Part shown: positions 22,804 to 36,109 of the stretch, one piece after another
Layout of the letters: every line of letters begins with the position of its first letter
Numbering within the stretch: the first letter of the stretch is position 1
Source: Lingula anatina
Taxonomy: Eukaryota; Animalia; Brachiopoda
Length of the DNA: 64,000 nucleotides
Direction of reading: 5' to 3'
Assembly: GCA_051362555.1 (NCBI GenBank)
Contig: CM120648.1
Location: 3,530,587-3,594,586, forward strand
The notes under the pieces: model-generated
The model's database searches: none
Seen by the model: only the letters and a program-made list of their open reading frames with translations
What the model was told of the DNA's origin: nothing
Translations under genes and position numbers: made by a program

Positions 22804-25800
22804 ATGTAGGGATCGACGACTTCAAACAGTAAAAAACACACGCATATCATGGAACCCAAAAAAATCCATGCACTATGCACCACGTGACTTACTTGTAGTG
22901 AGAGCAGTATCAGGGGCCACGGCAGAACGCCAGTAGGTCCTAGCTTCTGGGTCGGACGCTATCCCCTGGATGCTGCTGATAGAGGTACCGAAGGACGACT
23001 CTTTACTTGTGAACCTGAATGAATGAAGGCAACCACATAGCTCAGGAATGAGATAAATTGGAAGATATAAGTGTAACACTTTATTTAATATTTACCACCA
23101 TGTATGAGTAAAGATGTTGACTCTCCTCTATCCAATCTATTCCTTTCATCATTCTAAAATTCAGAGTTCAGATGTTGGGCCCTCCCCTAGCCCGTATGCG
23201 ATCTTCATAATTACAGACAACTTAGGTATGCTGGCACAGAGGTAACGATACCAATAGGATTTGAAACCAAAGGTGGTGTTTTCAAGATAAATGAGGTCAA
23301 TGGAACTGTGACGTATAATGATAATATTCGGCTCTTTTGTCTTACTTTTCTAAGGAGGACAACTTTAGATAGATGAGAAATAAATGCATCACCACGAATC
23401 ATATTCTAGTATCCTAATAAATGGTTATCCAAAAAAAGAAGCAAAAATGCAAAAAAAAAAAAAAAAAAGTATCAAAATATCAACAGAAACGTACGTAAAG
23501 TTTGAATCCGTATCCCGGAGGACAACCATAGCATCCAACAGAGAGGAGCCATCTGGGACCGTCACGGTGAATGACTCATTGACGTTGTGTGGCGCCAGCG
23601 TCGCTATCACGTTGATTCTGAAAGTGAAAAATGATGCTGGGGGCGTGGTCGGCGCAGGAGTTGTAGTCACTGTTAAAAGGGAAAGTAAATATGTATTAAA
23701 ATACAGTACAATGTTGCTATTGCCAAAATATACTTTTCTGCAGAAATCAAACATTGTATTTTAAATAAAAGGCAACGAAAAAGCAACCAAGCACGCAATC
23801 AAAATTAGAACATACTCAGAATTCTTTTTTTCTAACAATATACACCTAAATGATTTGAGAACAGGAAATAGGACTTGCATTGGGTGCACAGGTATATCTG
23901 TACAGTTATTGATGTGTTGGCCCGGATAATAGGTTGGTGACAGATGTGAAAAATTTTAAAAATTAAGTAAGAAGAGAATTTTGCCGTAAATGGACGCACG
24001 CAAAAAACGAAAACGAAACTGACATATACAATATAGCTTATCTACACTAATTATGAAAATTTACGGGAACCTTATCAAATTTTTTGAGGGAAAACAATTT
24101 TGGCAAAATTATGGTTTGCAGTGCTCACCTTGTTGGCAGGAAGAGATAGATCCGATGTCAGCATACGATTTCCTGTTTAGAGCCGGGAAGATCTGATTTG
24201 CTGCTGCCACAGAGTCATAGGAACCATCCTGGCCTTTATAAAAACATGTTGAAATACATTTCATGTAATGAATCTAGGATATTTATATATCAGTACCATT
24301 CTTTTCAGATTAAACAAATAGGCATAAGACCCAAATGATATTATTCTGAATAGTTCTCTGTTTAAAGTAAAACGGTTTTATTTTGTAACTTTTTGTTTTT
24401 AAACAATATGCTACTTTCCTAGGATATGTATAGGCCATCCTGATATTGACTAACGACTGTACATTGACTTTTTGTTTTCATCACAAGGAATCGTTTACCT
24501 TGTTTCTCTACCAGTCGAAGAAGTGCCTCTTTTTTAATCTTCCTCCGGGTTTGTTTATCGTCAGCAATCAGAGCCTACATGCCAATACATAAAATGATTA
24601 AAACTGTAAATAAAATTAAAATGAGTGTTTGCCTTTTTATTCCTATTTCAAATATGGCCGACAAGACCAATATGGTAGATAAGAGTGAAAAAGAACTTCC
24701 AGTCGCAAAACTGTTAATATGGTTGTCAGACTTGTCCCGTCAAGACAGCTTGTTTTAACACCAACTTCGCCCTCTTCCTAATCACAATATTCATATGCAA
24801 CCTTGTTAACACAATCTCAGTCACTCTCTCTTTATGAGAAATACTACTTGGGAGTGGGGGGTGGGGTACCTGCACAGCCAACCCAGTGGTGTATTCATTT
24901 CCAAAAGAACCATCTGGTTTCTTGTTATCCAGGATAAACTGCACTCCAGCAGAAATGGCGGACTTCACGTCAGTTTGGTTCCTCACACAAGACAACGCTA
25001 TCACCGTCATAGCCGCTTCATCTTTGATATAGAAAAAACATATATGAAATAATATATAATGTGTATAATAATATATCAGAAATAGCGATAAAGTTTACAA
25101 TTATTCCTTCCATACCTACATGTATATCATTAATTTCCAAATGATGCTGCTGAAGCGACGAATTCAAGAACTTCTTACTTCGTTATTTAAGCACTTTTAA
25201 GTTGCTTTTAAGATATGCGGGAACAAAGAAGCCTATATTCATAAGACGCAATACTTTGTTGTTCAAAAGGTAGACAAAAGTGGTGTCAAACCAAAATTTC
25301 CATCACCCATTAGCTTCAGCCACATTGAAATATTCTCATAACATCGTTGGAACACCATTTCTTAATAAATAAGTTATTATAAAGATGCATCTATGAATAT
25401 CTACATGTACTATAAAGAAGTAATATCTAATCCGAGTAGAACTACGTAGATGCATCTTTATAATAGCTCTTTTACTTCTTAGAGATATTATATGTGGTGA
25501 ATTGATATGAGTCTTCAAACACCATTTCTTCGGACGTTCTCTCAGACGTAATACATACCCAAACGAATGTGCAGTGCTGCGTTTTACCAATATAAAATAT
25601 GGTGTTCATGTATAGTATAGTTTATTCAACTTAAGGCCATCAATGTCCATAACAATCAATATCAACAGAATATAAGGCATAAGCTGAACGTACCAACCCC
25701 AAACGTGTAGTTCCCGGGTGTTTTGGTCAATTGCTGTATGTATTTCTCCTGTACGGTCAACCCTGCATTACACAGTGCAAGCACGGCCCAACTGTACGCG

Positions 25801-28011
25801 AAGTTGTGATTGAAGTAGTACTTGGGGAACCCGTCCATGTGGCCGCTTAGTATGTCTATCAGGTTATGGCCGTAGAAGTCGCTGGGGTCCTGGCACGTGG
25901 CCACGAGTGCGTTGACGTACTGGCCAAGTTTCCCGCCATACCAGTCTTGAGTGTCCAGCTTTGGATATCTGGAAATAAGTTTGTTGAATGGCGTTGATTA
26001 AAAAGTAAGACAGAATGAGATAACAATCAGTAAAAATGTAATAAATAAATGCATAAATGTACTGAGTTGATTAATTGCTCCATCAGTTGAATGAGAGTTT
26101 ACTGATAGCACGGATCCAGCCGAAGGTGAGGGTCAGAGTGATAAGGCCATTAATGATAAAGATATTTGAAACCGTACAATCTGTAACACGTTCAAGGGTA
26201 ATTGAATTGTCAAAACGACTTATCTGAACAGTGACGTATCTTACTTGCTAATAGCTGCCAGGAGGTCAAGGTTCATTTCCTTGACGGTGGCAGCCGGGCC
26301 AGGTTTAGATGGCCTGTACCATTTGTCGTTTACCAACTGGAGAGCCATGACCGCCTCCGCCTCCTTACGGGTCCCCCAGCCCCAGCTATCCGTGCGTTCA
26401 GACAGTAGCCAACGAACACCTTTCAATTTCGCATGGTGGGTAACTGAAAATAAAACGTTAAAATGAAGACGTTGTAAACATAAGTTGATTGAAACTGTGT
26501 GAAAATAGCTCTAACACTTATGTTTGCGGTTTCTACTGGTAGCATATCACAATCTGTAGCTTAAAATAAAAAGAAGCACCATGGCAAAGAATTGAAGGAA
26601 ATAAAAAGAAAAATGTTTTTGGGTAAATCTTTAACATGTTAATATGAATAATAATTAATTCCGCATATCAATGATTAGGGTCAAGTACTGTTGTATTAAT
26701 TTTATCAAGCTTTACCTGAGCTACTAGTATACCAATTAAATGTTTATTTTGACATAAGAAGTGACTGACGTATAAAAACGCATAATAGCGCACCCATTCA
26801 AAAATTCCACCGCAGGTTCCTGTGTGGGGCATGTAACCTGGCAAGAAAATGTTTAATATTTCGGTTCATTTCCTTATCTTATTTTAATTTTCATGACAAT
26901 GTCCTCATTTCACATAAAATGCTATTTTCTTCTTGAAACTGTCACGTGACCAAAACAACATTGATAGAGATTCTTTTAACTGCATGTAGTTGATTTAAAA
27001 GTTTATCGTTTTAGAAGAAATGAAAAACAAAATAACTTAATAACGACGTGTGGTGTTAATTCTTACTTAAGGAGCGCCTGACACATAAAAAGGCATAATG
27101 ACTACTTAATAAATATGTCACAGCAGGTTCCCATGGGGTCTCTTAACTTGTTAAGGAAAATTTTGAATATTTTGCTTCATTTCCTCATTTGTCGGTATGC
27201 AAGTCAATACAGTGGTCAGGTTCAAGCGTAAAAGGAAGTGATATAATCCTCTCATGTATACAGTAGTTATCATGTTGTAGTTAAGTGTTTTGTATTGTAA
27301 CCTCTTGACATGGCCCTATTTACTATTATTTATAACCATATGTTCATTTATCACCAGCACATGCGGTGCATAAGACAAAATAAAATGTTCTAAAACTGTA
27401 ATATAATATAATATAATATAATATAATATAATATAATATAATATAATATAATATAATATAATATAATATAATATAACGTTCACCTGCTTAAAGAAACTAG
27501 ACACTTTATGCATATGGTTATTGTACCAGAGCCAAGGGGGAATTGAAAGAAAAATAACTAAATAATGACATGTAATGTCAATTTATCATATCTCAGTTGT
27601 GTAGTGCAGCTACGATTAAACATATATATGGGAAACACGCGATGTTTAAGTCGGTAATATACAGCAAACAATGCACAATGGAGATAAAGACCTGCTTCAG
27701 GATATTAAGTGCAAATTGAAAAAAATGCTTTCTATATTGTTTAATAAAAGTATTGTCGTAAGGACAGTGTAACAACCAGCTGTCATATGCCGCAGTCATA
27801 TAACGCATTAAACCAGCTCATCACCAAGCCTTTTTTCTCTCCTAAACACGTACACTACCTGTTGATTTCCACAAAGGCTCACCAGTGAATAAGGAAAAAA
27901 AATCACTGTGAAGGCGTGTTCGCATGCAAAATAAGCCGATCCTTTACGGTGCGACCCTTCTATGCATCAGCCAAAGCCTGAACATAGGTCTTTCCTTTCA
28001 GGCCAAAAAAA

Positions 28012-28074
<63 letters not shown>

Positions 28075-29083
28075 GATTGGTCTACTAGCTCAAGAGAATT
28101 TCGTATATAGTCCAATTGGTTTAAGTATGATCTGGAACACTGGTCAAATTAACGTTATAAAACAGGCGCCATATTTCATTTACTCCCCCTCCTCCTGCTG
28201 CCGCCACCGCCACCACTACCAGCATCACAACTCCTCCTCCTCCTCCTCCTCCTACTCCTACTACTGTTTTATCCTTTTCAAGGCAGACCGTGTTTGTGGA
28301 CTTAGGGATGAGGCCAGAATTTTGGCTAATGTTATTTTGTAAAACAGAATAAAACCGCGTGCCGCACCCAGCAATGAGTTAATGCTGGGCGGGAATATCA
28401 ACAGAATCAATCCAACTTATGTGCAAACGCGCCTTCATGGTTCAGTTGTACCTGTTCATTTTTTTGATTAGATGTTTTTGTTCTCTTTTGTCAAACAGTG
28501 CTTTTTCTGTTGTTGATCTGAATGTTTTTTTTTTTTTCATTTATTTACCTCGTTTTCAAATTGCGTGTTGAATACGTGTGCTCATCTACATCTGCTTTCT
28601 TGATCCTCTATAAGCAAGCTGACTTTAATTTAAGCCAAATCAAATTCATGATGATTTTCTACTTTACAACAGGTGATCAACTGTATAAAACAAAACTGGG
28701 AATTATTCTGCCAGTAGATATACTAGTATGTACATGTAATGTATAGGCCTATAATTAGACATAACAAGGCTATTTTTTTATCTGCTTAAACATTTTTTAA
28801 ATACAACATAGGCACCAATACACCCAATTGACATTAAATTGAACATTGTAAATGGTTAAAAAAATGCCCGGCCTGACACTTTTCTTATAGCTCGTTCCAA
28901 ATGTTCGATGATGATATAAGATATTATTACGTTCTTTATATACATTAATACGTGTTGATCTACTTCTACTACACTTGCAGTATACGAGTAACGTCCAACG
29001 ATTCACTTACCAAGACTTGTGTGTAAATCAAAACTGCACTGATAACCAAGGAGAAACATGCAAAGTTTGGCCAAGAACCCCAT
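22414..29083 (-). CDS. Secreted cobalamin-binding protein, transcobalamin family, copy B, 9 exons, ~412 aa
   Basis: Exons 29083-29011 (MGFLAKLCMFLLGYQCSFDLHTSL; least certain), 26443-26245, 25968-25694, 25021-24870, 24574-24499, 24233-24129, 23669-23495, 23014-22893, 22475-22414 (1239 nt). Exons 2-9 have the same lengths and phases as in copy A, with the same family motifs. Confidence 0.87.
22493..22800. repeat. (AAT)n, (AT)n(AG)n and (AT)n microsatellites in the last intron of copy B
   Basis: Directly visible. Confidence 0.95.
27401..27476. repeat. (AATAT)n microsatellite
   Basis: Directly visible; an (AAAT)n array also lies at ~28009-28073. Confidence 0.95.
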
Positions 29084-30858
29084 TTTACTCAGAACAGCAG
29101 AACGGCGTTTGTGAAAGTGGATTGGATTTTAGTTTAAATACCCGGTGTTAATATCCGGTTTGAGCAGCCCAGCTGCGCATGAGAATTAGTTAACCGTCCT
29201 CGCCAGCCGTAAGGAAAGTGTTATAATATGACAGGAGTGGTAGATCCTGTTTACGTTTGATTTCGAAGTCAAAAACACGCAAACAGGATCTTTTTAAAAG
29301 TGTCATTTAAAGGGCTCTATTTTCTCAGTACAACAGTGCCTTATTGGCTCTTGCATTTTATCACACGCTTGCAGTTGCGGAACTAAATTTTTTAAAGCAT
29401 TAATAAGGCCTATAAGGGCCTTATTAATGCTTAAAAACCTTGTCGCTTTTGCATGTCTGCCAAGAATTTAGTTCCGTTCTCCAGTTATTTCTGCGAAGAC
29501 TCTAAATAAATGACTCCCAGGGGCAGATATAAAAAGTTTTCCTCGAAATGTTTTGAACTAAAAAGGAAAAATATTGACATTCGAGTCAGTCCTGTTGTCT
29601 GCATCCGCTTGTCCCTGGCAAGCCATCAAACACAGAATGCTTCGTGAACAGATTAGCTCAATATTACAGGATCAAAACATAATAGACGGTGAAAATCAAG
29701 CGGTAATCAAGACAAAACCGGTTTACAAAATAGGAATTGGCATCGCGTTGGAAGGGTTGATTGAAGGTGCACGATAGGTCAGGCCTAAGACAACCGCAAA
29801 TATATGGTTGCACGAGAATACACAGACAAATAAATGGATGGAAAATAAATGTCTTAAAAATATAAGGTTATGAATAAATAAATAAATGAGGGGAAAGAGG
29901 GACACAAGTGCACTTAATACAATGAATAAAGGGCTAGTTAACAACATTATTTTTTGTTTTAATACGAAATTCCAGGGTTTTACTAGTGCATCATACAATA
30001 ATGCAGGACAGGAAAGTAGGTTTGCAAACAACCGTTTGTATGTTTGGAGTAAACTTAGACAAGTCTCTAAATTATCAATTTGCTTTGTGGTACATAACAG
30101 GTACTCCTTGATTACAACAGATCCACGTGTTTTATACGAAGAGCTTAAAAGATTTTGTACAAAAAACACGTTCTTTTCAAAATACAAACGGCTATCTTTG
30201 AATGTCGGGACGGGTCCATGAACTTTGTATACATGGGGAAATTGTCGTTTACCCCATGAAAATCTTTTTTCCCGCCGAAATAATAGATATCACTCATTTA
30301 AAATATCGTCTGCATCCAGGGCAGAAACCTCCAAATCAACCAATCAGCACCTGTTATAGACGAATATAGGTCAGTGAGAAAAAATGAGTGCTTTTTTCCA
30401 TTTTTTTCCTGGCATTTCTTGTGTGTTGCTAGGGTTAATTTTGGTATCAACTAGCAGAGTAGGGTGTTAACTACTGCCAGTTTTTTTTTCAGGACCAGGC
30501 ACAGGTGCAGTGCAGTCGTGAGACCTCTGGCGGAAGGGTCTACTGACTGTGAGTGGTGCAGTGGTTTGTTTACAAACAGAGGGGTGCACATGTTCAAGTG
30601 ATGCCGGTAAGACAGCGGAGTTGATGACAGTATATTTTTTTGCCATTTGGAGTTATGTCAGTGTGTCTGCTGTCCATGGAGATGGGAAATGTTTCCCAGA
30701 GTTATTTTCTTTATGCAGTTTTGCAGGCATTTCTTAGTATGGTCGTCAATGGGAAATATTTTGGTGGTTTCTCCCCTCCATTGCCCGCGTGACCTTCAGT
30801 GCGCATGTGCGAGGTCAACCTGACATCTTAACTCTATAACAAACATGAAGATAAATTG

Positions 30859-31937
30859 GGTAGGCTACGTACGGATAAAATTTAGTCCCAAAATATTACA
30901 CGTCCCTATACTCCCGTTACCGATAGATACATAGAGGAAAAACTGAAAAAAACGTTTTTTTAGATTTAAATACCGATAGATCCGATTTTTTACTGCTGTC
31001 CTATATATTTGCGTTCCTTTAGATACGACGTCCTCATAAACCCACGTTCTTTAAATCCGCATACCTATAGATCCACGTATTTTGAGATCCAAATACCGAT
31101 AGATCCATTACAGGTATGCTTTTGCTCAAAATTAATGGTTGGTATACTACTCAGTACATAAAATGCACTTCTTTAAAACGACAGTACACATATTAATCCT
31201 TTCAGCAATATATTATTCTACTAGATCGTTTTCACACAATACTCAGTGAAAAAACATAAAAAGAACAAAAACGTGTTCTATATTTCACAACGCTTACTGT
31301 TCTAGCGTCAGAACACTGTTTAAAGCGTTCTCAAATTGTAACATTCGAACACGTAAAAAGTGTTCTGAATTTACATGTAAATGTGTTCTAAACAAAACAA
31401 AACAAAAAAGAACATAAAAATGTGTTCTTTATTTCACAACGCTCAGTGTTCTGGCGCCGGAACACTGTTTAAAGCGTTCTCAAAATGTAACATTTGCACA
31501 CTTAAAATGTGTTCTGTTTCATGTTTACGACGCGTTCCCAAATTTTAGAGTGTGATAGACGGGTAGACGCGAACGTACATGTATGTCTTGTTTGAACACC
31601 TAATAAATATATAAATACATAAATAATGAATAAATAATAAATATCAGGTTGTAATTAAGTCAGATCACTAAGTGGATCAGTATTCGCAGCCAGACTATCA
31701 CTCGAAAGCCTCATACCTGTATCACAGGTTGATATCGGCCTTTTAGCCGATTACGATGTCAGATAGATGGATCTAGCGGTACCTGGATCTAAAGATACGT
31801 GGGTTTATAGGAATCTGTTGGTGGATCTATCGGAACGTAAATTTAACGAGACGTAAATCTATTGAGACGTGTATGTATAGAGACGTATCTATCGGGACGA
31901 ATATTTTATTGGGACGTTTATCTATATGGCGGACCCC
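30859..31937. mobile_element. Foldback/Mutator-like non-autonomous element with 9-bp target-site duplication
   Basis: GATAAATTG at 30850-30858 and 31938-31946. Long imperfect inverted arms are built of (A)CCGATAGATCC subrepeats on the left and GGATCTATCGG-type subrepeats on the right. Internal ~150-bp tandem duplicate at ~31255-31520. Confidence 0.65.
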
Positions 31938-32091
31938 GATAAATTGATAAATACATTACTAAAATGCAATTAACGTCAGGTAACAAACAGATGATGGGTT
32001 TTTGAATAAAAGAGTCATGAACAAGAAACAAATCCTCACGATATTCTTAAAAATAGCTTTGCGAAATATAATGTAAATTATACGTTTTTAG

Positions 32092-32224
32092 TACCCTCTA
32101 ACAGGGTGGCAGATTATATACGGAAAATAGGAAAATTGGAGATAGAAAAATGACCGTCTATTTACCTAAAGACATATCTGTGATTATCCTGTGAAAATTC
32201 AATCTGTGGCCTTGGTAGAGGGTA
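32092..32224. mobile_element. ~130-bp MITE (family 2), TACCCTCTA..TAGAGGGTA ends
   Basis: TIRs plus shared core CATATCTGTGA.TATC..GTGAAAA.TCAA; other copies at 56236-56357, 61105-61236 and ~61796-61930 (inverted). Confidence 0.75.
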
Positions 32225-33066
32225 CGTTTATTGGGCAGAAATGCACATGTATTTCACTAAATCATTTTATTTTTACTTGAAGAAATTAACGTTGTACAGT
32301 ATTGAACAGCTACCAATAAAAAAAACTCCTAGGAAATATACATGAACTTTAAAAAAGAACAATTTGTATGGTTTTGTATCCTTGACAAATAATTACAAAA
32401 GAATCGACTTAAAAATACATCCATAAAACGGAACGCCCAAATATCAGCGAAAACGACGTTCTGTAAATGTCGTTTTAGTTAAAGTCAAAAAGAGGTTGGG
32501 CGCTGAATGCATCTTATATACATGTACCATGGCACTAGACAAGAAAAAAATATTATTTTATCACACTTATTTAGCCTTATACAGTGACTGGACATGATAA
32601 TTCTAATAACTTACATACAAACACCCAGTTATAACTACACATACGTATTTGTATGAACAGGAATGACGGTGCTGAGCGATATAAAAACGGAAACCAATGA
32701 TATTTACAGGAATATTTTCGAATTTTTACATAACACAGAATTACACATACACTACTTTAACAAAAATGTGCAATTTATTATTTGACAAAAACTGGACTTC
32801 TCTTCCCTGATGAACCCTCCAAGATTACCAGGAATGTGTAAATTTTATGAAGATCCCTGAGGCACTAAACACATTCAAGACCCAACTATCTTAAACAAGA
32901 AATAGTCTAATACTGAGTATCAGTGCACAGATTAAAGATTAGGTTGGCTTCCATTCATATGTTATACTCACCCAGCAAACACGTGATCCAAACATGACGT
33001 GTTTGCTAGGCAGAGCCCAGTCGCACCATCGGGTCGTAACCCAGGCCTTTCAGTTGCGCCTGAGTA

Positions 33067-33290
33067 CTGGAAGTGGCAGAGGTATGCCCATGGTAAAAGG
33101 AAGTTTCTGGTGATTTCTAAAACACATGGTGTCTCTGGATCTGGCAGAGGCCTGCCCGTGGTAAAAGTTAGTTTCTATTGACTTCTGAAACACCGGGTGT
33201 TTCTGGAAATGGCAGAGGTATGCCCTTGGTGAAAGTTAGTTTTATGGTGGCTTCTGAAACACATGGTGTCTCTGGAAATGGCAGAGGCAG
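33067..33290. repeat. 68-69 bp minisatellite, ~3.3 copies
   Basis: Units beginning CTGGA..TGGCAGAGG at 33067, 33135, 33203 and 33272. Confidence 0.85.
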
Positions 33291-33369
33291 ACCTATTACG
33301 ACCTTGAGGTAAGTTTCCAGTGACCTCTATAACTGATGGTGAACAAGTACATGCTGTGGGCCATTAATT

Positions 33370-33525
33370 CAGGGGCATATTGAGGAAGTCTTCTGGGTCT
33401 TCCCAAAGACCGTCAGATTTTCAAGTTTCCATCAAAGGGAATCTATAATTTTTCTGTCAGAAGACATACAAAAATGGAGGATGGATCAACAAAAATAATT
33501 TGAAATCTCTCTGGATCCGTCCCTG
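33370..33525. mobile_element. Dispersed non-autonomous DNA element with CAGGGGC..CCCTG termini (family 3)
   Basis: Reverse-complement homologous to ~296-461 and ~63051-63224 (shared TTCTGACAG, GAAGACCCAGAA); flanked here by a TAATT direct repeat. Confidence 0.65.
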
Positions 33526-34348
33526 TAATTGGACTATTTCAGTTTTAGTTGGGTCCTGCTGAACAGACTTACGAATATGGCACGCTGCAACAAAGTTGTT
33601 AGAATAAATACCACACATTAAAGATTCAAGTTGTTGATTTTAGTATTTATATATGCAGAAATGCTACAGTTAAAGCACTCTTAAGAGGTGTGGCATTCAC
33701 TAAAAAGAACTCAAACTGTCACTCCTGAGCTATTGTACTGAAAGCCATTTGGTTCAAAAAATTAATTTTAAATTTAAATTAATTAAAATATTTAAAGCTC
33801 TACAGCGAGGGTCCATGTGTTCACAACAAAGACACACATCTTTAATAAATGACTGTGAGCATTATTATGAGGTGATGAGTCATGCATGCTAATGTACATA
33901 CTTTTAAGTATACTTTACTTAAAAGTATGTTTTCAGATTCCTACTCATACTTCTTTAGGTCCCCATTTCTATATTTCTTTTACATTTTAATATAATCTGG
34001 GGCTTAGTGGAAAAAAATCAAGGTGAATAGACCTAATATTTTCATGAGATGCTTCTTAGTTGACCAAGTGTTAGTCTGCTAAGATTTCAGCCCAAAACAC
34101 TGATTTAAGACTTTTTGATAACAGTCCCAAGATCTGCAGGACCACATGGCAGCTGTTGGTCTTCATTGTGAGATACATGGCCATTGAGACCTACAGTCCA
34201 GCCTGGTTTCCACCCTTCCACAGTTTTGACCAACCTGAAGTTACTTAAAACTGACTATGAAAGTATGGCACAGGTACAGTGACTATGATGTGTTTAAAGC
34301 TTCCCTCTTGGACTAAATTTCCTAATGCACTAAACATTGCAGTCATCA

Positions 34349-36067
34349 TCAGTGGACAATCCATATGGATATTCCCAGAACCAGCAGCAGAGTTATCAAT
34401 GAGGATTTCACAGAGCACCCAGTGTCAAACACTGTGGGGTCAAATTTGAAGCAGTTTGTGTTACTTTCCACATACTTGAACTTTTGTCCTTCACAGATTT
34501 CTTTGCCGTTTTTATAAGATGTACCTGCATTTCAAAAGAAAAAAAAACACTGAAATACATTTCAATATTTATGTTAATTGACAAGAAAAGCAGTTGTGAA
34601 GAATCTAAAACAACCATGGTAGTGTAAAAGATATGGCAAAAAAAAATGTACATACCATATAGTGAAATCAAATCTACGTGGTATTAAAAAAAACTGTTAC
34701 AAATGCATATTTTAATAGTAAAAAATTATTCCAAAGACCAAAGAAAAAGTATCACCAAGATGCATGCAGCTTACATGCAAAGGGCTATCTCCCAATGTTA
34801 ATCATTCTACAGTTTTTTCCAACTCTGCAGCAACTGTCGCTAAATACAACCAGCTTAACAGGTAAACACACCTCCTCTTGACATTGAGTGGAATGCAGAA
34901 AAGCTGGTGTTCTGGCTGCCTTTTTGCCAAAACCATGACAAATGTTAATTTCTTTTTATTTAATGTGAATAAAACAAAAATTTAAAGATTTCCTTACCTA
35001 TTTTCTCCCCAGAAAACATGGCAGTCTTGCAGTAAAAGTGGATGGAGTCACAGAAGTCGGCACACACATGGAGTTGGCTAAAACAAAGAATGGAACTCTT
35101 TAAGAATTTAATTGCAAATGACATGCTGCAAGGTGCTAAGGAGGACACAGTGTTGCCAGGCCATGGATATTTATGTAGCCTAGAGTACTAGTATATATAA
35201 CGGGGTGGAATGTGGCTTTACCCATTGCAAGGCAAAAAATAGAGGAAAAAGTGACAAGCCCCACACTATTACTAGTATTTATCATACACACCTTGTGATG
35301 TATCAATAATAGTATGAAATACTTGGGATCATTTACATGTATCTAGAGTATTACACACTGAGAAACGACTTACTCCTGATACCACAGGTGCTGCTCGGGG
35401 CTACAGAAGTAACACATGAGATAATTCACTCTATTCTGGCACTTCTTGCTGGCCCAAGCCAGTTTGTACATCCCACCAAACACCGAGGTCACCTCAGTTC
35501 TCTTACAGCAGGCATTGGTGGAGTACCAAGAGCAGTTCACCAGGCCGTTCTCTGGAGACGGGACATGGGTGCCACCTGAAATTGATTTTAATACTCTTGA
35601 TAAGGGTGTGTTTTCAATGAAACTATCATACTTTTAGTAGGCAGATCAATTCAAGTCCGCTGGGACTCTTGCTGAGTACAATCAGACTAACTGAATGACA
35701 CGCCTCCTTGACAAACTAGGGGTTAACTTTCAAGTGTGCTGTGCATCTGGAAACTTTTTCACTTCATTTTGAGTGCCACCAAATGCACACGAAAGTTAAT
35801 CCCCCCAAGTACGATACTTTCATTGAAAACGCCCCCTAAATCACAGTTAAAATTAAGTCCAAATTAAGCTTAGAAAGTTTCCTGCACAGCTCAAAATGAT
35901 ATTCCAGTGCGCAGTGTTTTTAAAAAACTGATGTGGTTGCATAGCTTACCATAATATGTACATGTCTTTTTGGTTTCCACCACTAAATCCTCACCGACAA
36001 TAGCAACAACGGAAGAAAACACAATAAATACAAGGATTTTAAGAAAATCCTTTACATCGATCGCCAT
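34349..36067 (-). CDS. Folate-receptor/riboflavin-binding-protein superfamily cysteine-rich protein with probable GPI signal, 4 exons, 191 aa
   Basis: Exons 36067-35950, 35575-35374, 35077-34998, 34524-34349 (576 nt, all GT-AG); only exon 3 shows in the ORF track. Signal peptide MAIDVKDFLKILVFIVFSSVVAIVG; Cys pattern C..P..L.NCSWY..ACC..C..LMCYFCSP..VCADFC..YC..IC..NCFKFDP; hydrophobic tail LITLLLVLGISIWIVH-stop. Confidence 0.85.
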
Positions 36068-36109
36068 GCTTGTTTTGATCTCGTTTTCTTCTCGTCCGCG
36101 TTATCCAAC

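Noticed and set aside
27859-27905. Possible extra small exon in cobalamin-binder B intron 1
   Set aside because: Available donors are phase 0, whereas exon 2 needs phase 1; no counterpart in copy A.
29574-30221. Overlapping 67-154 aa ORFs
   Set aside because: AT-rich, no recognisable domain or splice context; likely chance ORFs.
33067-33290. Regularly spaced repeats superficially like a CRISPR array
   Set aside because: Whole units are homologous with no unique spacers; eukaryotic context and no cas genes.
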